Assembly: GCF_001194135.2 (NCBI RefSeq)
Contig: NC_068993.1
Span: forward strand, 62,411,143-62,475,142
DNA: 64,000 bases
DNA from: Octopus bimaculoides
Lineage: Eukaryota
Direction of reading: 5' to 3'
Position 1 is the first letter of the stretch, and each line of letters opens with the position of its first letter. Below are positions 25,433-38,607 of this stretch, piece by piece. A program made the translations under genes and the position numbers. The notes beneath the pieces were generated by a model, which did not search any database, was not told where the DNA came from, and was given only the letters and a program-made list of their open reading frames with translations.

Positions 25433-27382
25433 TTTACGTATATTTAAGCAACAAGAGAAATGAATAAATACGACGGTATTTTAAACCGTTTCTGATTTTC
25501 ACGTAAGAACAGAAAAGGTCCAAAATGTTCAACGGTCTTTTGCTACCATTTTACGTTTTTCGTAAGAAGTCACCTGTACGACTCAGTGTGATCTACAGAT
25601 CTCTACTTCCGACTATTTCTTGAAGTACCGGTCTTGATGCGGACCATATTGTACATTATTAAATGCAGTGATTGATCGTATGAAGTCAGTGTTGCAACAG
25701 GAACATTTATTATCTCCACTATATATTTTCACAGTATATTTTCTGAACGTCTGTTGATGTTTGTGATGGCCACAAGGTGTGCAAATTGAACAGGGTTGGA
25801 ACGTGACAAATGTTGTACTTTTGCACTTATTAAAGGAGACAAGCGAGGCTGATACAGGTTAGAGTTAGCTAACACTACACTAAATATAACATTGTTGAGA
25901 AACATCTGCCACCATTCGATATAAATAGGAATCTACTTAAATACTGGTCATGAAGTATTTAAACCCAATGATGCATGTTAACAAAACACTAATTATATAC
26001 TGTAATTATATACTACAAATTATATACTGCCTTCATACATCGACTAATCAAATCATAGTAATTTACCATTAAAACGCTGACTAAATATGAAATATAGCAA
26101 ATACAATATTTCATTCTTCACTAAATATTCCTTCATACATGTAGACGAATGTAATGGCCGTTTCTAAATTATGTTGTCTTAAATCAAGAATATTCAAATA
26201 TAGCATCATAAATCATTTTTATGCCAGAATTCTTTTCTACTTATCCGCTCCATCTTTTGGTCCTTATGTTTTTTCTTCATCAATGTTTCGTACATTAATA
26301 CTTATTTATGTTATTTATTTATTTGTTTGACAAATCATGACACGATAATAGATTGCATTTCTGCAAGCAAAATGTCGTCTGTGTTTGAAAATAATTTTTT
26401 CTCTCTCCATAGATTACAATAAATAAGTAAATAACGGAAACAAAATCTCAATGATTTCCTATATTTTCGAAAATATATTGCGACCCACAGAAAGAAAATG
26501 AGCGAGAACAAATTTATCAAGCACTAAAAGTAAATACAACAAAGAAACATGAAAAAAAAAAGAAAAAAGAAAAATGATGGACGCCATAGTTGCTAATGAG
26601 AATTTAACAGCGTAATCGGATAATTGATAGCTTTTCGAATGTGGATAACAAAGTTATTTTACTCGTGTTTTATGTTTCTTGTTTTACACCAAATAGCATC
26701 ACAGAAGAGTGTTTTCCTCTTGACAAAATGCGTCTATCGATTTGTTGTAGAACGAAGAGAAATACAGTCACCTCGAAGGCAAAAGGTCTCACTACGGTTA
26801 TCGATACCTTATTAAATCCAGAAGAATGATTTACATATTGTATTTCCACTCAGGTACTAATGTCTTACATCTTTAAGACGATTATTCTATGCATGACTGT
26901 ACATAATTGTTTATAATTAATTTATTTTTGATATTTGAAATGAAGAATTGCGCTGATAAAGAAAAAAGCATCGCTAGTGAGTTGCGTCGAGGAACAAGCC
27001 CAACGTCGTAGATGAAATTCAAACAATTCAGATCTCAAATGCCCTTGCAAAAGACTCATTATTACTATTATTACCTCCGCCTTAGCAAGACCTGCTTGAA
27101 AACCTGGAAAATAAACTTGAAAATATGAGAATCGAAAACACTAAAGAGAACCCAACGAAGAGGCTTTTGGGTACGAAGCTATCTCCGAGTTTGAGGGCGT
27201 CAGAATCAATACCTTGAAAAAGAAAATAGCCTAAGGTAGGACCGAGGTCATTGCTGTAACGTCTGTAACTGGATTTGTAAATTCCGAATAAGCGTGAGTC
27301 GTTATGTGAGACGAGAATCGTATTTCACAGTTGAATGATCGAAAAATTGAGAAAAGAAACAGAAAATTATTAAAAAGTTTAC

Positions 27383-27545
27383 TCCAATATTTGACACTCT
27401 CTCTTTGTACATTGTGGCTCCACGGTGCATAAATTATCAAACGGTTTATTCCAACATTTGAAACTCTCTCTTGTACATTGTGGCCCCACGGAGCATAATA
27501 TTCGACACTCCCTCTTGTACTTTGTGCCCCCTCCCATGGAGCATC
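27383..27545. repeat. Three imperfect tandem copies of a ~48-bp unit (gacactctctcttgtacattgtggccccacggagcat)
   Basis: Units at 27383-27432, 27450-27498 and 27499-27545. Confidence 0.85.
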
Positions 27546-27604
27546 AAACCTCAGGTGTTCCATTTCAGTTTAATATTCATATTGATTTAGTATTAATGTT
27601 ATAT

Positions 27605-27797
27605 TCTTTTTTACTCTAGGCACAAGGCCCGAAATTTTGAAGAAGGGGCCAGTCGATTACATCGGTCCCAGTGCGTAACTGGTACTTAATTTATCGACCC
27701 CTAAAGGATGAAAGGCAAAGTCGACCTCAGCGGAATTTGAACTCAGAACGTAAGCATTTCGCACGGCGTTCGAACGTTTCTGTCAGCTCACCGTCTT
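27605..27797 (-). mobile_element. SINE group A, near full length
   Basis: Minus strand: head with A-box-like AGCTGACAGAAACG, B-box GAGTTCAAATTCC, core GGTCGACTTTGCCTTTCATCCTTTAGGGGTCGATAAATTAAGTACC and tail GGCCTTGTGCCTAGAG. Confidence 0.92.
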
Positions 27798-28778
27798 GTA
27801 CTAATGTTCTATTGAGAAACAAGACTGCACCAATGTCCATGAGAATTGAGTAACAAAAGATCGAAACAAGACTTAATTAAAAAAAAAAAGGGAACACTCT
27901 TTTGATATAATGACGTTTCTTTTCTGAGCCGCGTTGAAATCTTCTTTGCCTCGAATTATCTACTGTAGATCTAGATTCCTTTAACAGGAGGGCTTATCTT
28001 CTACCAGATAAACACTACAAAATTATCAGATAAGTACTATGTCTTGAGGAATCTGCTGATTCGAAAGGATGAACAAAAAGTTCATTCTTAGCAAATGGAA
28101 CTGTAAAGTGTGAGGGGAAAAAATGGCAAACTTTGTGCTTTTGTAGGCATCACTTTCAGCTTGTACAGTAAGTTAGTCATGCACAAATTTATTCTTCGTA
28201 ATCTCTTTCTTGAAATCTAAGATGCTGCGAAGATAATGTATTTTACTACTATTCCTGCTTCTAGTAGACATGTACGAGAAGGGGGGTGGGGGTGAGGTGC
28301 GAAATCTCGTTTGTTTTCGTTGTATCAAGTCAGGTGATGTAAGCAGAGGCATTACTCAAAACAATGCAATTATTTTAAACAACGTTAAGCATTGTTCGGA
28401 CTCTCATCACTAAGCACGAGCAAAAAATAGAAGCTTCCAGAAAAAATGAATTCGTTTTGAGAGCCTATATTTTTTGTATGCATATATTTTGCATGCATCG
28501 GTACATACTACCATTTGGAATTTGGTAATGGTGTTCTGTATATGAACACCTGGATGTAATTACTCATAAAAATAAAGATGTATAATATGCGCCATTATTC
28601 TTTTACAGCTTCAGTCTTATATAATTCCGCTAAACTGAGGTTTACATAACAACAAAATAGTCTTCACCGGTGATAGAAGCAAAAGCGTTCGTTAAGCAGC
28701 GCCGATGCCTTCACAGAAGCCACAGGCTGTGTCTTGAAAAACGCAGATCTATATCAAGCAGCATCATTATTTTGGAGT

Positions 28779-28990
28779 GGTGAACTGGCATAATCATCAC
28801 CACGCCGGACAAAATGTTTAACGGAATTACTTCCGGCTTTGCATTCTGCGTTAAAATTGCGACGAGTTTGATATTGCCGTTCATTTTTTCGGGATCAATA
28901 AAATAAGTACCAGTGAGCACTGGGGACAATATTATCGATTAGAACCCTTCCCACAAATTTCAGGCCTTATGCTTATAGGAGGAAGAATTA
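28779..28990 (+). mobile_element. SINE group A, diverged
   Basis: Head gagtggtgaactggcataatc, core and ggccttatgcttatag tail in the forward orientation. Confidence 0.85.
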
Positions 28991-31089
28991 GTGTTGACCG
29001 ATGACGTAGAGCGGTAAGGGTGAAATGACATGAAGTGTTCACTTCCGTCGTCTTTGATTCTCGGCAGGGTTTGATATTAATGTCATGTGTAAATTTCATT
29101 TAATATCTACATAGCATACCTGCTAACCAAATACATGGTCTGTCTATTTATCTTATGTCCTTTCCTTAACAATTTGTGGCATTTTGCCAAAAGATGAAAT
29201 CGTTATACCTAGCAGCGAGCAATGTCATGTTACTGATGAATGGCTGAATGGAAATATTTGGTGCTAAATGCATTAACATGCTAAGCTCTTTCAAAGCATA
29301 CCATTATTCTCTTGTTTCTATACGTTCCTCTAAGTTTGGTGAGAAGACTCGGAGGCTTGAGGTTGGAGAAAATTGATTTACATATGTTCTTGTGAAGTCT
29401 ACATAGCGAATACAACGTCTTTATTGCGCAGAATAATCTGATCTAAAATTTTAATTTCATGAGTAAGAAATATAAAACCAGAACAAGAGAGGTGTTAACG
29501 ACAGAAACGCAGTGCTACTCTTTCTTATAAAACTTCAATACTATTCACAGAAAAGATGTGGACAGAGATACATTTCAGTTGAATATATTTGGAGATATTC
29601 TATTTTTTAAAATATTTCTGATATTGGTCATAGAAAAACCGTTTTTCAGGTTTCGACTCATTACTTGACCAGCGTTCCGACGACAGAGTGCTGGTTGGGA
29701 AATTCAGTAAGAGTTTTGTAATTTCGTAAAAATTTTGTTTTTTTAAAACTTTTTCTTATGAGATGCCTAAAATAAGAATAGAAGTGTGTAGAATCCTGAA
29801 AGCATTTGAGACCGCTTTTGCAAGAAGAAGTCGTACAATGATAAACATCATTACTCAGTTCCAGTATGCCGGGTTGTAATATAAATTTTCTTTGGCAAAG
29901 GTATAAAAAGACAAGCTCTTTTAGTGTAGAAATTACCACTACTTCTGTTTGGCAAGATCCACATGAACATGGAAAGTTCTCTTGCGTTCTTTTCTCTTTT
30001 ATCTTCATGTATAATGAGAAAAATATGTTGATTAAACTGTTCTTCATGACGTCTGTGTAATTTTTAATACTGTCACAGTTTCCAGAGAATAATTTCGTTT
30101 ATTTCAAATGTATTTTTCAGAAGACATATACTATATAATCGCTATCTGATAGACGAAATCATAGTTCAACAATTATTAGATATTTCATAGGGCACTTTAG
30201 AAATTATATGACTCCATTTTTGTACGAATTGAAATGTGTTCACGATACACGAATGCTTGTGTATCTAACCTGAATCTCATATATATTTATATGTACGTAT
30301 GTATGTAGGAATGTATATATGTGTGTGTGTGTGTGTTCGTGTGCGTGCGCACGTGTGCATCTGTGTTAATCTATATTAATTACAGTCATTTTGACGGCTA
30401 ATCAACTTCACTAACACAACAGCTGTCCTCTCTACACTGTATTAGCAATCTCTCACCACAGATAATACAAAATAGAAAACAGCCAAAAACACTGCACATT
30501 CTGGATTGGATAACAAATAAATACATAAGTAAATAAATGAATAATAAAATAACCCCCTCAAAAAAAAAAAAAATCTAAGCTTTAGTTCTGCGGCTCAACA
30601 GTTAATTAGATTTGCAACATAAATCAAAACCTCCCTTAAACAGAAATGCAAGCAGAAATTATATAATTGATATCAACCTAATAAAAAAAAGAGAAAATCA
30701 ATGTCTAAAGGAAAACAAAGAAAAAAAGGAAAAAGAAAGAGGAGGGAAAAGGAACCTAAAGTGGGCCACCCCAGAAAAATCTCATTCCCTGTTCTTTTTC
30801 GATCAATAAGGGTGGCTGGGTGTGATTCGATGTGAAAATTACCAGCCAACGTTTTGCTGTTTGTTATTAAAATGGCTTAAACCATGGAGCTAATTTTGGT
30901 CACGTGCCTTTCCTTCAGATATTGTATGGTTCATTAGGGTGGGGGTGGATGGGTGGAGGGTAGGTTATTCTAAACTAGGCCCGAGATTACAATAACAAAA
31001 TCAAATCGAAGAAAAAGAAAAAGAGAAAATAAACAAACAGAACAAGTAACACCACAACCAACGGCAACTAAAACAATTGCATCGAAGCT

Positions 31090-31380
31090 GACCATATCGG
31101 TACCACCACCACCACAACCACCATCACCACCACCACAACCACCATCACCACCACCACCATCACCACCACCACCGCAACGACCATTCCCGTCATCATCATC
31201 ATCATCACCATCATCGTCATCCTACTTCTTCTCTCCTCCTCCCCCCTGTACCTCCTCCCTCCACGTCCTCTTCCTCCCCTCCATCTCTTCCTCTTCTCCG
31301 CCTCCTCTCCGTCCTCCTCCCTATCCTTCCTTCTCTTCCGCCTACTCCTCTTCGCCACCTCCTCTTCCTCCCGATCATCG

Positions 31381-31433
<53 letters not shown>

Positions 31434-31600
31434 GTTATGATCATCATCATCTCCTTCCTCAACATCCCCGTCACCATCTCCCGCCTCCTCTTCCTCCTCC
31501 TTCTTCTCCCCGTCTTCTTCCTCCTCCTCCTCCTCCTCCTCCTACTCATCGTCGTCTTCGTTATCTCCGTTATCTTCACCATCGTCATCACTATCATCGA
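31090..31600. repeat. (CAC)n/(CAT)n/(CCT)n compound low-complexity tract
   Basis: Direct reading; includes a perfect (CAT)17. Confidence 0.92.
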
Positions 31601-32159
31601 CTACAGCATGTATACGCAAAAATAATGCTACATATAACACGAGGTAACAAAAAAAAACAAACAAAAATAACCACACCAGTCAACATATGATTCAAAAAAG
31701 GACAACAACAACAACAACAACAATAATAATAATAATGGTTTGAACTAGTCAGTTGTGTAACATCAACACCAACGCCAATAAAATAACAACTTGCTCCATT
31801 CTAATACAAAACAACGGAGCGATAATAATATTAACAGCAGGGAAAAGAAAGAGTGGGAACAGATTAACTTCAAAGGTAGCAAACTGACCGACAACAACCG
31901 TAACAATAACACGAATAATTGCACCACAGAACATCGACAGGTAATAGAGTAACTACAGTGAAATAGAATAACACAATTCATAACAGAAAATAACCCACCG
32001 CTAATACCACCATGACCACGACGACGACGACGACGACGACGACGACTACCACCGCCATAAGCAACGTTAAGAGCAACAATAGCCACTAAGACATACATAG
32101 ATGTGTGTGTATGTGTGTGTATGTGTGTGTATGTGTGTGTGTGTGTATAACCCCCCCCC

Positions 32160-32342
32160 CCGAAAAAAAACGAAGAACAAATAAAAAAACAACAACTCGA
32201 GGACGTGGTAGATGTAAAGTATTAGCAGACGCTCAGGGAAGGAAAGAAAGGTGGTTTAACGTTTCGAGCAACGCTCTTCTTCAGAAACAGGATAAAGTCC
32301 AATAGAAAAGGAAGACGGAGGAAGAAAATCGCCAAAGATTCA
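32160..32342 (-). mobile_element. Penelope-like pLTR-type fragment carrying a hammerhead
   Basis: Homologous to the 1355-1660 element next to the GIY-YIG remnant; contains the intact hammerhead at 32254-32288. Confidence 0.65.
32254..32288 (-). ncRNA. Minimal type I hammerhead ribozyme (intact core)
   Basis: Minus strand GUUU - CUGAAGA - A - GAGC/GUU/GCUC - GAAA - C - GUU^ - AAAC: perfect 4-bp stem I, perfect 4-bp stem II and palindromic AACGUU stem III. Predicted cleavage between 32258 and 32257. Confidence 0.8.
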
Positions 32343-32407
32343 CATGTGGTTACATTTTGAAAATGTATATGTGTATATGTATATATATATACGCCAATTT
32401 GGAAAAT

Positions 32408-32472
<65 letters not shown>

Positions 32473-32760
32473 CCAATTCGGAAAACTGGTAGAACCTCTA
32501 AAAATAGAGTAACAATTGCTTTCATAAAAATAAGATGCGGAAACCGCAACAGCAGTTGCGACAATGGTAACTAAATCATAAACGACTAAAGTTGAAACAA
32601 AAATGGTTGCATTCAGAGAGCAACAGTAGCATTAACAACAAAAATCAGACGATCCAATAAGGGAAACCTTGTGTCAGGTATGGGGAAACGATTCGGTACC
32701 AGGATTAGATTGCAAGTGTATAAAGAAGTCATTGGAACTGTTTGGTAGTTATGTCATATA

Positions 32761-33195
32761 TTCTTTTCTACTCTAGGCACAAGGCCCGAAATTTTTGGCG
32801 AGGGAGCCAGCCGATTAGATTGACCCTAGTACGCAACTGATACTTAATTTATCGACCCCAAAAAGATGAAAGGCAAAGTCGACCTCGGCAGAATTTGAAC
32901 TCAGAACGTAAAGGCAGACGAAATACCACTAAGCATTTCACCCAGCATGCTAACGTTTCTTATTTCTGTATTGCCCACAAGGGGCTAAACATAGAGGGGA
33001 CAAACAAGGACAGACAAAGGGATTAAGTCGATTACATCGACCCCAGTGCGTAACTGGTACTTTATTTATCAACTCCGAAAGGATGAAGGGCAAAGTCGAC
33101 CTCGGAGGAATTTGAACTCAGAACGTAACGGTAGACGAAATAGTGCTAAGCATTTCTCCCGGTGTGCAAACGATTCTGCCAACTCGATGCCTGAA
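32761..33195 (-). mobile_element. Two tandem SINE group A copies with different tail subfamilies
   Basis: 32761-32958 has the ggcacaaggcccg tail and 32960-33195 has a gcccacaaggggctaaacatagagggg tail; both have near-consensus cores. Confidence 0.92.
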
Positions 33196-33862
33196 ATAAA
33201 GATTTAATACTAAAAATAAAAATAAATTGACGGATACAATTAATTAGGTTCGACTGAAATCCATGGCTGGCTGGGGATAAAGAATAAAAATATGATTCGA
33301 ACCGTACTTAGAGATGCTTTAAGGTTTACAAGGAATTTTCTTCAGCGGATTTTGACGGTGCCAATTCATTGTTAATAGTACAACTACTGCTAATAATAAT
33401 TACTTAAATATGCAAATTAGGTCACATATTTTGGAGGAATGGGTGTTATTTTAGATATAAATCAATTACAGTAAATAATTTGAACATATCGATTTCAGGA
33501 TTTTGAGTATCCAAGTGGACTTAAGCGGAAGTTGTACGTAGAAGGAAAACAAAACGAACTAAATATAAGGTGGTATGATGTTCAGAGCTTACAAATTCTG
33601 TTGGTTCGTTCATATATATGCTTAAATATGAAGAAATAAAGCAAACTATAAGATATATGACGTATATAATAGTCATATTAAAGAGATATTTACTGTCAGT
33701 TTTAATACTTGATTTGTCTAGCCGATAAATCAAACTCCAACTGTAGAAGCTTGTCGGTGTTTCTAAATTATTAATCTAGATTTAAACTCCTAGCTACACA
33801 CATAGCACGCAGCCTCTACACATTTATATACGCACACATGCATACAAACACACACACACACG

Positions 33863-33905
<43 letters not shown>

Positions 33906-34102
33906 GTTTATATATATATATTATATTATTATATAGATATATATGTATATGTATATATATTTATATATATATATATATATATGNNNNNNNNNNNNNNNNN
34001 NNNNNNNNNNNNNNNNNNNNNNNNNNNNNNNNNNNNNNNNNNNNNNNNNNNNNNNNNNNNTATATATATATATATATATATGCACATATGTGAATTGTAT
34101 AC

Positions 34103-34153
<51 letters not shown>

Positions 34154-34332
34154 TCCGTATGAATGCATATATGTATGTATGGATGTTGTTAATGTGGCAA
34201 GAGCATGGAAAAAACCTCGAGTGAACGTGAAATAATACTGTTTGGAGGGGTGAAAGTCGCACCAAATTAACTTATATATAATCGAGTGTAAATATTAGGC
34301 AGAAAAACATTTTAGAAAGAAAAAGTTGTAGG

Positions 34333-34400
34333 CTGCCCGTGAGAATCGAACCCTCATCTTCAATAGACATGTCATGTGCTCTATTGCTGGACCACAGCAT
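34333..34400 (-). mobile_element. Isolated tRNA-like SINE head
   Basis: Minus strand GTGGTCCAGCAATAGAGCA...GAGGGTTCGATTCTCACGGGCAGCC with A/B-box-like motifs; no convincing cloverleaf. Confidence 0.55.
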
Positions 34401-34539
34401 CCTTCGGCTTCTGTCCAAAGAAGAATTACACACACACACACATCCATGCACATATACATACATACGCACATAAGTATGTATGTATGTATGTATGTATGTA
34501 TCAAGGGTTGGTCACAAAGAATACAACATGGAGAAAGGT

Positions 34540-34593
34540 TAGACGAAACAAGAGTAGACGAAACAAGAGTAGACGAAACAAGAGTAGACGAAA
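34540..34593. repeat. 15-bp minisatellite (TAGACGAAACAAGAG) x3.6
   Basis: Three perfect units plus a partial one. Confidence 0.95.
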
Positions 34594-35624
34594 GCTAAAC
34601 GGACGGGCAATTAGTCAACGACACGATACACGGAATATTCGCAGCTGAGTTTTCCTCTTCAGTTACAAAGTGTCCAGCAAGATCTTACGGAACCTTTATC
34701 TGTTGTCTACGACAGACGAGTCCACGATATAGTCTCGATCCTAAATATTCAAAATCGTGCCTTTTTTCAAACGCGATGACGCCACGATAAATACGGATTA
34801 AAATCTGAAATCATCGGCTCCGAACTTACGAGCGATTAATTCCGTAAGTATGGTTCAACTGAATACTGTTTATTCATAAGGTTTGTATTGGCTTCCCAAG
34901 AAATGCTTAATTTAGGAGAAACTATCGGCCCCAATGAATAGCTATTACGGCAGCCATATTACGTCTGTTTTAAGAAATGATAACTGAGATACTTCCAGTT
35001 TAGGCTTGTTTCGTCTGGATTCGTATAACGAGGGTTAATTTCCCAAGTATTTCCTTTGCTTCTTCGATTGACATATATGAACCCCAACAGTCACGTTACA
35101 AATTTATCGTTCCTGATAAAGATCTGATAATGCAGAAAAGAGCGAAATCACTGAGAGAACCGATTTCCAAATAACATAAGTATATATATACGTTTTATAC
35201 ACTATACACATGTTTAATATGTGAATGCGCGTTTCTCCGTTTGTCATTCTCTGTCTGTCTCTTTCTCTCCTTCTCTGCACACACACTATACATATGTATG
35301 GATGCATGGATAGATGTATGTATTTATGTTTGTATGTTTTTAATGATTTACTTATCAGAACATAGCTTGTGAATAAACCATATCGAACAGTTCTGCTTAT
35401 TTCCTTACCAGACTTGTCATGATCAGCCGACGTAGGACGAGTTTCTCTATATACGTGGAATCACAAATACACACACGTACAGCCACCCCCTCCCACACAC
35501 ACACAAACAACACGGCGAGAAATGTATTATTATATTGTTTTTCCCTAATTTCTTAACTCCAGTTCCACTTGTATTTATAACTTTTATTGGGGCTATCATC
35601 ATATCTTAATAATATACTTTAGAT

Positions 35625-35680
35625 CAGACGTCCCCAAACCACGGGCCGTGGATCAGTTGGTATAGGGCCGCCAAGAAAGA
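35625..35680 (+). mobile_element. hAT/Charlie-type MITE terminus fragment
   Basis: cagacgtccccaaaccacgggccgtggatc resembles CAG.GGTCCCCAACC..CGGGCCGCGG hAT ends (recalled). Confidence 0.5.
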
Positions 35681-35884
35681 ATGAAATTTTAACTTTTATT
35701 TCTATTTTAGTGACTATCGCAGTCTGCAGAGTGTTTCTGCATAATATATCTCAATTATACATCAGAATATAATCCAGAATCCTTGTCCAGTACTGTATCG
35801 ATCCCAAAATCTAATCAGGTTGTGCCAGTCATGAGGCCAAACATCCCTGAAAGTTTCATTCAAATCCATCCCGTAGTTCTGAAG

Positions 35885-35960
35885 TGCCAGTTGTGCACTG
35901 GAGTCGATCTAGCCCTCTCCTCCATCATTTTAGGCTTTGTGCCTATAGTAGAAAGGATAT
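35885..35960 (+). mobile_element. SINE group A tail fragment
   Basis: cagttgtgcactggagtcgatc...aggctttgtgcctatagtagaaagg. Confidence 0.8.
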
Positions 35961-38482
35961 ATGTAATAATTAAATTATATATTATGCATTTTGCTTTCTT
36001 TTGTTTCACACATAATACCCTTGTTCGGGGGAAAATTGGGCTGCATAAAATCGGTTTCTGCTTCAAAATAGTTTGGGTAGTGCTACTCTCGATGATCGAG
36101 AAATGAAACATTTTTAGAGATTATTTTATAATTTTTTCGTAACCTCTCGTTTAGTTTACCTTCCTACTAAAAGATGATTATACAAGCCTTTAAATATATC
36201 TATTTTACACCCTGTTATGTTAAACTCGGATGTTCTCCGTCTTCTAGTGCCAACAGCCGTTTGCCTATATCGTGACTATTCTAATACGAGAGTCTTTCCT
36301 TTTGGTTTATCCTAACACCACAATAATCATGCAGTTGCATCCCCTTTTCGATTGACTCGCTTCGAAATTTAATCGCGATTAGATTATAGTTTAGTCTCTT
36401 CTCTTGTATTTCTTATATTAATTACGTATTACATTGTGAATGTCGCAAGATTACTCATTTTCATTAATGTTTTATAAGTCCGCTATAAGTAAAAACAAAA
36501 TCTTAATGATGGACAGTGTTTTAAGCAGTTGTCGAACATATTTTTTCCCCAGTAATCCTGTCTTTGCATTAGAATATAATTTATTTTTCTGACATTGATC
36601 TTCCGTTGCCGCAAGGATTTTCCGACTTATTTAGTAATGTCAAACATGGTGCTACTCAAACTACCACAAGCCGTAATAACTTAAAATTTTCATTACTTTA
36701 TTCGATTGGATGATAAATATATTGTTTTTTAAGCAGCTTCTTCTTATATCAGCTTTTTACATCTGTTTCTTTTCTCATTATCCGTTTTACTTTAACGTGC
36801 ACTTTAGTCATATTTTTCTTTAGCTTTCAGAAAGTGTTTATTCCCGTATGATACAATTATGCGACTCATATTTTTCTTACACAATTATAGAGTCTTATAT
36901 ATATATATTAATTCTGACCTTTTGACAACATACAATAATATATTGAAGCACAGACTATTTTGGAACATTATATCATGAATAACATATAAACAGAGCCTAC
37001 ATGTATAATGCACTGATTTTATTCAATTTCAGTTTTTTTCGAAAGTTGCTCATGAATTGATGGAATTATACAGTTATATTGCATTACTATTATATGTGCA
37101 TACGTACATACACTCAGACACACACGCATACATACACACACATGGACGTGTATATATATATATATATATACATATATACATATATANNNNNNNNNNNNNN
37201 NNNNNNNNNNNNNNNNNNNNNNNNNNNNNNNNNNNNNNNNNNNNNNNNNNNNNNNNNNNNNNNNNNNNNNNNNNNNNNNNNNNNNNNNNNNNNNNNNNNN
37301 NNNNNNNNNNNNNNNNNNNNNNNNNNNNNNNNNNNNNNNNNNNNNNNNNNNNNNNNNNNNNNNNNNNNNNNNNNNNNNNNNNNNNNNNNNNNNNNNNNNN
37401 NNNNNNNNNNNNNNNNNNNNNNNNNNNNNNNNNNNNNNNNNNNNNNNNNNNNNNNNNNNNNTATATATGTACGTATGTATATACAACTATATATTGATAT
37501 CGATAGATATCAATATAAATAGATATCGATATAAATACAGTCGCACATACACACAAATATATTTGCATACTTACATGGAAAATAAGGAATATGCACGAAC
37601 AGACAGAAAATTATTAATTACGTAAATGATTTAAATAAGATATTGATTACAAGTTTCACTCTCCTTCGTGTGTGTATGTGATGTTGCATGGGAAACAGTT
37701 TGCACATGCATAAAACTACAGAAATGAATGCATATGTTGTCCTTTATGAATTCCGATGATGCAGATCCTCAAACGACTGCGATAACCACAATGCAAAATA
37801 TTTACTTCAATAAATATTCCGCATTTAGTTAGATTACATTGAATGCGAATGAAATCAATGTCGCAATATTCTACAGAATAAGTTCTAATTAAATACTGCG
37901 AGGCGTTTTATCCACGCTGCTACAGCGATTCTGGGAGTGCTGCCCTTTATATGTCGATGAGATTGTTTTCTATGTATTTCTAATACATTGAATACGTAAT
38001 CAATGCCTGAATGTGTACGGAATATCAGATATAAATGATAAATTAGGGAATATTATTATCGACAACAGAAAACTTAATTCACAAAACGGTTGCTGTTTAA
38101 CCCCTGGTCAATTCTGACTGAGAGGACCTATAATCATCAAGTCATAGAAATCCTGTTTCTTTTTCCTTTCTGAGAACTGCGTATCTTGGAATACATTATA
38201 TAACTTGTCTGTCAATTTTCAAGAAAATAAGCTGATATTTCTATATTTCAACCTTATTTTTGGAAGGTCGAATGTCAACATAAAGATTTCGTCTTTGGTT
38301 CGTATACAAAAATAGATGTAGATTTTCTAGAATATAACGTGAGAGACACAGTTATTTGTCAAATATATTTCAATTTTTGATTCAGCTAAACAGACAGTAA
38401 TGGTTTCTGATTTAGGGCACACAGCCAGCAATTTCGAGAAAAGGTCGAATTTATCGAATACGTGAATGGTTTTTCTTTTATC

Positions 38483-38607
38483 AAACCTCCGAAAAGATAA
38501 AAAGCACAATCAACCAAGGCGGATTTTGAACCCACAGCGTAAAGTAATAGTAAACGCCACAAATCTATTTTGTACACATTGTAACGATTCGGCCAGCTTC
38601 CCGCTTT
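38483..38607 (-). mobile_element. SINE group A, diverged 5' half
   Basis: gcggattttgaacccacagcgta...aacgattcggccagcttcccgc. Confidence 0.7.

Noticed and set aside
29648-29676. Minus-strand CUGGUCA...AGUCGAAACC hammerhead-like string
   Set aside because: The core is broken and there is no NUH site or stem I.
29661-30047. 128-aa minus ORF
   Set aside because: No recognisable motif or convincing splice sites; compatible with chance.
30974-31690. 238-codon stop-free Pro/Ser/His-rich + frame without an early ATG
   Set aside because: C/T-rich low-complexity DNA rarely produces stop codons; no splice or family evidence.
37491-37516. Small AT-rich hairpins (also 5643-5670, 7304-7318, 59379-59405)
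   Set aside because: Short and likely by chance in low-complexity AT-rich sequence.
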